DNA from: Candidatus Hodarchaeota archaeon
GTDB lineage: Archaea; Asgardarchaeota; Heimdallarchaeia; Hodarchaeales; Hodarchaeaceae
NCBI GenBank assembly: GCA_016839785.1
Contig: JAEOTQ010000105.1
Location: 1-12,700 of the forward strand
Length of the DNA: 12,700 nt
Reading direction: 5' to 3'
Part shown: in pieces, positions 8,173-12,700 of the stretch
Layout of the letters: every line of letters starts with the position of its first letter
Numbering within the stretch: position 1 is the first letter of the stretch
The notes under the pieces: generated by a model
What the model saw: the letters and a program-made list of their open reading frames with translations, nothing else
Told to the model about the DNA's origin: nothing
Database searches by the model: none
Program-made: the position numbers and the translations under genes

Positions 8173-9312
8173 ATGAAATTTATTGCACAACCCCAAATTT
8201 CGGAAGAAGAAATATCGTTAGTTTCTTCAACTATTCGAAAAGGTCAATTTGTTGAAGGAAAAAATGCCAGAACTTTAGAGAAAGAATTTGCAGAGTTCGT
8301 AGGTGCTAAACATGCTATTTGTGCTGTGAATGGAACAGCAGCATTGCATCTTGCTATGGAAGCAGCAAACATATCACCAGGAGCTGAAGTAATTACCCCC
8401 GCTTTTACTTTCATTGCTTCTGCTAATTCTATCACGTTTGGAGGGGGTATTCCAATATTTGCAGAGATTGATCCTGAAACTTTCACCATAGATCCTGAAA
8501 ACATCGAAAAATTAGTAACGCCTCAGACGAAAGCAATTCTTCCCGTTCATATTTTTGGTTTACCCTGTAATATGAAGCTTATCAAAGATATTGCAGACGA
8601 TAATGATTTGGTTATCATTGAGGATGCATGTCAAGCTCATGGAGCAAAAATTGATGGCCAACATGTGGGTACCTTCGGTGAAATTGGATGTTTTTCTTTC
8701 TACGCAACAAAAAATATGATTAGCGGTGAAGGGGGAATGATTGTTACTGATGATGATGATCTCGCTATGCGCATTAAATGTCTCAAAAATCATGGCAGGG
8801 GGCCAAGTGGTGGCTATGAACATCACAGAATTGGTTACAACATGCGTCTTCCAGATCCATTAGCAGCAATTGGATTAATTCAATTAAGAAAACTTCCCTC
8901 GATGCTAGAAAAACGAAAACGAAATGCAGAGGCAATAAGACAGGTAATATCTGAGTTAAATTCTGTATCTGAACAAAAAATACCAAAAGGTTATACTCAC
9001 AGTCATTATGTCTGTGCTCCCGTTGTCGATGCTGATAAATATTCAGTAGATACTGTTATTCAACAGTTGAAAACAAAAGATATTGCCTCGCGACGAATTT
9101 ATGCTCTTGGATGTCATAAACAACCAACATATCTTCAAGGGATTCATGAATGGCGTTGGAGTAAATTTGTGAAGTATCCAGATTACAGTCAGGTTAATCT
9201 CCCTATAACTGATAGGATATCTCAAAATCACTTTGAAATCCCGATTCATCCAGGAGTTACAGAACCGGAAATCGAGATGATCAGGAACGCGTTAAATGAA
9301 ATATTTAGTTAA
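8173..9312 (+). CDS. DegT/DnrJ/EryC1/StrS family PLP-dependent (NDP-sugar) aminotransferase
   Basis: Motifs: LEKEFAEFVG, NGTAALHLA, PAFTFIASAN, TKAILPVHIFG, IEDACQAHGA, FSFYATKN (PLP lysine), GEGGMIVT, GYNMR, IPIHP. Confidence 0.96.
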   Translation: MKFIAQPQISEEEISLVSSTIRKGQFVEGKNARTLEKEFAEFVGAKHAICAVNGTAALHLAMEAANISPGAEVITPAFTFIASANSITFGGGIPIFAEIDPETFTIDPENIEKLVTPQTKAILPVHIFGLPCNMKLIKDIADDNDLVIIEDACQAHGAKIDGQHVGTFGEIGCFSFYATKNMISGEGGMIVTDDDDLAMRIKCLKNHGRGPSGGYEHHRIGYNMRLPDPLAAIGLIQLRKLPSMLEKRKRNAEAIRQVISELNSVSEQKIPKGYTHSHYVCAPVVDADKYSVDTVIQQLKTKDIASRRIYALGCHKQPTYLQGIHEWRWSKFVKYPDYSQVNLPITDRISQNHFEIPIHPGVTEPEIEMIRNALNEIFS

Positions 9313-9318
9313 ACTTCT

Positions 9319-10374
9319 TTAGCTGATATGGCCAGGCATCCAATCAACAAGATATTTCCTTCCAATCTCGCTAAATTCGTTTTTCATTTTGTCAAGCTTT
9401 TCAAAGAAGGCTTCACTCATTGTTTCGAGTTGTAAATTTTCTAAAATTTTGTTCAGTTTGGGTTGGGTATTTTTGATCCCAGCTATCAACCTAGAATATT
9501 CTCCCAACGGTTTTTCAGTAAGTAATTCGTTACCATATAACGATTTATTTGCCGTCAGTCCTCCAGAAAGAATCTTATGGCCATCTTCTGGATTAAAACT
9601 ATTGGGATCTTTACACAATCCTAAGAATTGATCAAAGCTCTCCTTGTATGGGTGAAATATATTTCTAGAAATAACTCCTCGGAGATACATTTGTGTCGTT
9701 GACTTCTCTAGTATAAGTGAAAACGGAATGGAAGTCATATATTCAGTCATACGCATCTTTTCACTTTTAAGTACTTGCTCTGTTTCATCTTGGGCTCTAT
9801 GATAGAAGTCAAAAGGTAACACAATTCCAGTTAATTCTCTGTAATCAGTAACTATGGATCCTGCACCAAGTTCAAATTTTACCCAGTACATTCCTAATCC
9901 AGTAATTACCATAAATGCTTCTCCTGTTGTTTCTTCCATCCCAGTCATAGCTAGCTCGGGTAGGAAGATGATGGTATCTTGGAATATTTTTTGTACTGGT
10001 TGATTCAAATAAAAGCCATTGAAAGATGAATCGATCATATTTTGCCAGGAAGGAATAAAAAGTAATTGATCTAGTGCACCGAAAACAGAGCCCCGAAGTT
10101 TTCCTATTTCTTGAATGATATCATTCGTTCGCTGTTGGATTTTATCATAAATCGCTTGCCGATTAAAAGATCCGACACGATAAGGAAATTCATTATCACT
10201 TTGGAATCTCTTAAATTCGCGGATTGAAATCCCTGATAGCTCTTCTAGGTCCGAATAGGAGAGATTCTGTTCATAATATGCTCGAGTTCCCTCTAGAATC
10301 TTCTTTTCCTTTTCTAATGATGCTATTTTATCAGAAATTTCTCTCTCTCGTTGTGACATTGATGGCCTGTCCAA
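9319..10374 (-). CDS. Hypothetical protein; N-terminal coiled coils flank a possible AlpA/excisionase-like HTH, followed by an unrecognised domain
   Basis: 351-aa ORF with normal composition, packed between its neighbours (6 bp and 19 bp gaps). The annotated start is TTG 10374; ATG 10359 (MSQRE) is at least as likely. Confidence 0.85.
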   Translation of the reverse strand: MDRPSMSQREREISDKIASLEKEKKILEGTRAYYEQNLSYSDLEELSGISIREFKRFQSDNEFPYRVGSFNRQAIYDKIQQRTNDIIQEIGKLRGSVFGALDQLLFIPSWQNMIDSSFNGFYLNQPVQKIFQDTIIFLPELAMTGMEETTGEAFMVITGLGMYWVKFELGAGSIVTDYRELTGIVLPFDFYHRAQDETEQVLKSEKMRMTEYMTSIPFSLILEKSTTQMYLRGVISRNIFHPYKESFDQFLGLCKDPNSFNPEDGHKILSGGLTANKSLYGNELLTEKPLGEYSRLIAGIKNTQPKLNKILENLQLETMSEAFFEKLDKMKNEFSEIGRKYLVDWMPGHIS

Positions 10375-10393
10375 ATGAGTTGTTTCTTAGATT

Positions 10394-11557
10394 TTATCTA
10401 ACAAATCCAATTACTTCTTTACTACGAATCTCCATTTCCTCATATTCTGTAGTGTTTTTAAACATCTTATTCAGTTCGGTAATAGGAACCATATTTCTTA
10501 GACGCAGGACTTCTGCTAACGCAAATAAATATTCTTCGTCGACATTGATAATCTTCGCAATTTCTTTCGCTTTACCCTGTCTTCCCGAAAGACAATATGC
10601 CTTTAAATTTGTTAACTTTGCTGTAAATGATAGCAGTTCTCCTTTCAGATAAAGAAAGGCGACTCCATCGTCAGAAATTTCACGTGCTTTTTTCAAAAAT
10701 GTATTGAAAGTTTTTTCGACACTTTCCGAACCAGCATAATTTGCATATCTGGATTCTCTTCCAACACCCACCAGAGCTATTGGATCATAATACAGATGTC
10801 TTCGTTGATTTTGTCTTTCATCTAAGAGAATAATATCTGCACGAGGAATGTTAAAAACCGCCGTATCATCCTGGTTTTGTAAGTCTATTGAAATCCTTAC
10901 ATCCAGTTCCTCATCTGTAAGAAAATCTCTAAGGAGATCTGAGATTTCTAACAAGAATTCGACATTCGGTCCAACTAAGATTACAGGGATTTTTGCCATG
11001 ATACCAAAGAAAAGCTGTAATAAGGGATCTGAAAAGGATCTTCTTCCTTTTTTTGCTGGAAACAGATTGAAAAGACTGCTTAAACTAAATTCAAGTTCTT
11101 TTTCGGCAATTATATCAGATTTTGGGGCTTCTTTTAGCTTTCCCCACCCCTCTAATTCAACTGTTAGAGACTTTGGGAGTGGTTTCCCGAATTCGTAATT
11201 TTGGTTGAGTAAGGCTTTGATAGCAATGGCAGATTGAGAAAGTAAAGCTGCGTTGGAGTAAAGCAAAGAATTTTGAGTTTTAGGGACGATCGCACTCATA
11301 GTAACAACTCTGAGCTCCCCAGTTTCTGTCCGTTGATTCAATGTGGTGTAATATATAAACGAAATTAGATTTTCATCTGGAAACGGAATTATCGCTTCTC
11401 CTTCCATATTCTCAGAAGTATTAGAACGAATGCTTGTGAGAGTGGAGACAATAGATTTTACAGCAATCTTCTTTGATACAACGGGATCTTTAATGGTAGC
11501 AAAAACCGCAATAGGTCCCGCCCTCTCGTCAAAAGCAGAAAATACTACGTCAGCCAT
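10394..11557 (-). CDS. Tripartite DENN-like protein (longin/uDENN, cDENN, dDENN), folliculin/SMCR8/C9orf72-like eukaryotic signature protein
   Basis: N-terminal VVFSAFDERAGP matches the longin/uDENN F-x-E-x-x-GP hairpin. The middle LLQLFFGIMAKIPVILVGPNVEFLLEISDLLRDFL matches the start of cDENN. The helical C-terminus (FNTFLKKAREISDDGVAFLYLKGELLSFTAKL...KEIAKIINVDEE) resembles dDENN. Confidence 0.75.
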   Translation of the reverse strand: MADVVFSAFDERAGPIAVFATIKDPVVSKKIAVKSIVSTLTSIRSNTSENMEGEAIIPFPDENLISFIYYTTLNQRTETGELRVVTMSAIVPKTQNSLLYSNAALLSQSAIAIKALLNQNYEFGKPLPKSLTVELEGWGKLKEAPKSDIIAEKELEFSLSSLFNLFPAKKGRRSFSDPLLQLFFGIMAKIPVILVGPNVEFLLEISDLLRDFLTDEELDVRISIDLQNQDDTAVFNIPRADIILLDERQNQRRHLYYDPIALVGVGRESRYANYAGSESVEKTFNTFLKKAREISDDGVAFLYLKGELLSFTAKLTNLKAYCLSGRQGKAKEIAKIINVDEEYLFALAEVLRLRNMVPITELNKMFKNTTEYEEMEIRSKEVIGFVR

Positions 11558-11580
11558 GTCTAACCTTCTTCCATACCGTT

Positions 11581-11588
11581 TTATTAAA
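11581..11588 (-). promoter_or_regulatory. Putative TATA box (TTTAATAA) of the DENN operon
   Basis: Lies 24-31 nt upstream of ATG 11557, typical spacing for a leaderless archaeal transcript. The AT-rich background limits specificity. Confidence 0.45.
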
Positions 11589-11776
11589 GTTCAATATACT
11601 AGGATTGTGTATCTGTAGGGGATCACATATGCACTTTATATTAATATTCGTAAATTTATACAAAATATTTGATTGTCTATTCCTAATATTTTGAGAAGTT
11701 AAGCTGAACTAGAGAAACCTTTCGCTTTTCGTGGAGCGAGAACTAAGTACCATATGAACCCTGAGGTGACATTTGA

Positions 11777-12700
11777 TTAGAGATATTTGTCTCTAATCCT
11801 TTTCCCGATTTCTGTCGCAGAGGACTTCGATTCCAATCCTCTAAGGAGAATATTTCCTCCACGGAATACAGTTATTGTCACATCATCAGAGTATCTGAAT
11901 GTTATTGCAAGTTTACCCTTCTTAATTAGCGAAAAATCTTTAATTAATGAATCAGTAACTAATTCTAACTCAATATCGTGTCTTCCTTCTGGTACACTCA
12001 TGAAAGAGTTTGATCCACATAATTCAATAGAGGAGGAGGATTTTGAATAGGGAATAGATTGTGACCTTATGGATGTGGAACATACCTTACAAATTTTTGA
12101 TTTCTGAATGGGAATTTTATTGAAACTTAGAGTTTGTAGATCTACAAAGAGTAATGACCCATTCAGAGATGTATCATCATGCAAAATAAGATTAGTTGCT
12201 TCGTGAACTTGAAGACCAGTCATAACAGCAAGAAGAGCAGGATGAATTCCAGTAATATCACAACTTTCTAGATCATTATCATTAACTTCATGATAGAGAC
12301 ATGATAAGCAAGGGGCATTTTTATCTGAATTAAATACTGCAATATTGCCAATTCGCCCACTAACGCCGCAAAAAATGAGAGGAATGCCTTGTTTTACACA
12401 TTCATGGTTCAAAACACGACGAGTTTCAAAATTATCTAGAGCATCAATGACCAGATCAATCTCTTCCAGTAAAACCCCCACATTCGTAGGATTAATGTGA
12501 CAGGCATGAGTATCAACCGTCATAGAAGGATTTAATCGTTTTAGATGAGTGGCTGCAACTTCCACCTTTGCTTGATCTAAATCATCCTCGGTGTAAAGAG
12601 GAGTTCGATGTAAATTCGTCTTCTCTATTATATCTCGATCGACAATACGAAGATATCCAACCCCCATCTCAGCTAGCAGTAGACTGGAGAAAGTTCCTAG
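11777..12700 (-). CDS. moeB: ThiF/MoeB/E1-like adenylyltransferase with a C-terminal Cys-containing TBP-like domain; 5'-truncated
   Basis: The frame stays open past ATG 12667 to the window edge (LGTFSSLLLAEMGVG, the tail of the GxGxxG loop). Motifs: DRDIIEKTNLHR, DLVIDALDNFETR, Zn pairs CLSC and CKVC, active-site SCDITG, and an extension IELCG...ITVFRGGNILLRG. MoeB versus ThiF versus UbaA role is not resolved. Confidence 0.92.
   Translation of the reverse strand, partial: LGTFSSLLLAEMGVGYLRIVDRDIIEKTNLHRTPLYTEDDLDQAKVEVAATHLKRLNPSMTVDTHACHINPTNVGVLLEEIDLVIDALDNFETRRVLNHECVKQGIPLIFCGVSGRIGNIAVFNSDKNAPCLSCLYHEVNDNDLESCDITGIHPALLAVMTGLQVHEATNLILHDDTSLNGSLLFVDLQTLSFNKIPIQKSKICKVCSTSIRSQSIPYSKSSSSIELCGSNSFMSVPEGRHDIELELVTDSLIKDFSLIKKGKLAITFRYSDDVTITVFRGGNILLRGLESKSSATEIGKRIRDKYL

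Noticed and set aside
11724-11740. Similarity to the transposase 5' region (GCTTTTCGTGG...AGCGAG at 961-982)
   Set aside because: An 11-bp match plus a gapped 6-mer with no terminal repeat nearby; too short to call an IS remnant.
2518-12050. Short ORFs opposite the main genes (2518-2733, 3173-3367, 4406-4687, 6287-6472, 8244-8504, 8560-8826, 8783-8986, 9043-9249, 9389-9631, 10224-10652, 10848-11198, 11430-11618, 11787-12050)
   Set aside because: All overlap well-supported genes on the opposite strand and show no recognisable motifs; many have the Ser/Phe/Ile-rich composition typical of antisense frames.
12665-12667. ATG 12667 as the start of the E1-like gene
   Set aside because: The frame continues to the window edge and encodes part of the nucleotide-binding loop, so the true start is outside the window.
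1-12700. CRISPR arrays, tRNA or rRNA genes, tandem DNA repeats
   Set aside because: None seen; intergenic gaps are at most about 220 bp and show no repeat-spacer or cloverleaf pattern.

Overview
AT-rich, gene-dense archaeal-looking DNA, most likely from an Asgard archaeon (inferred from a full DENN-like protein, an ISH3-type IS and an AOR-family gene). Left to right: (1) the left end of an ISH3-family insertion sequence; its minus-strand DDE transposase (start 1001) runs off the window and is missing from the ORF track; (2) a divergent AOR-family tungsto-enzyme that keeps all four Fe-S cysteines but seems to have lost the catalytic EYE glutamate; (3) a 1398-aa protein that looks like TrmB with about 1180 residues of hendecad coiled coil between a degenerate winged helix and a PLD-fold domain, probably co-transcribed with yggS; (4) a divergently transcribed DegT-family aminotransferase; (5) a probable two-gene operon of a folliculin/SMCR8/C9orf72-like DENN protein and an unknown 351-aa protein; (6) a 5'-truncated ThiF/MoeB E1-like enzyme with a Cys-containing TBP-like C-terminal domain. 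The best candidates for undescribed biology are the giant TrmB-coiled-coil protein and the DENN operon. All family calls come from manual motif reading and remembered consensus sequences; no searches were run.
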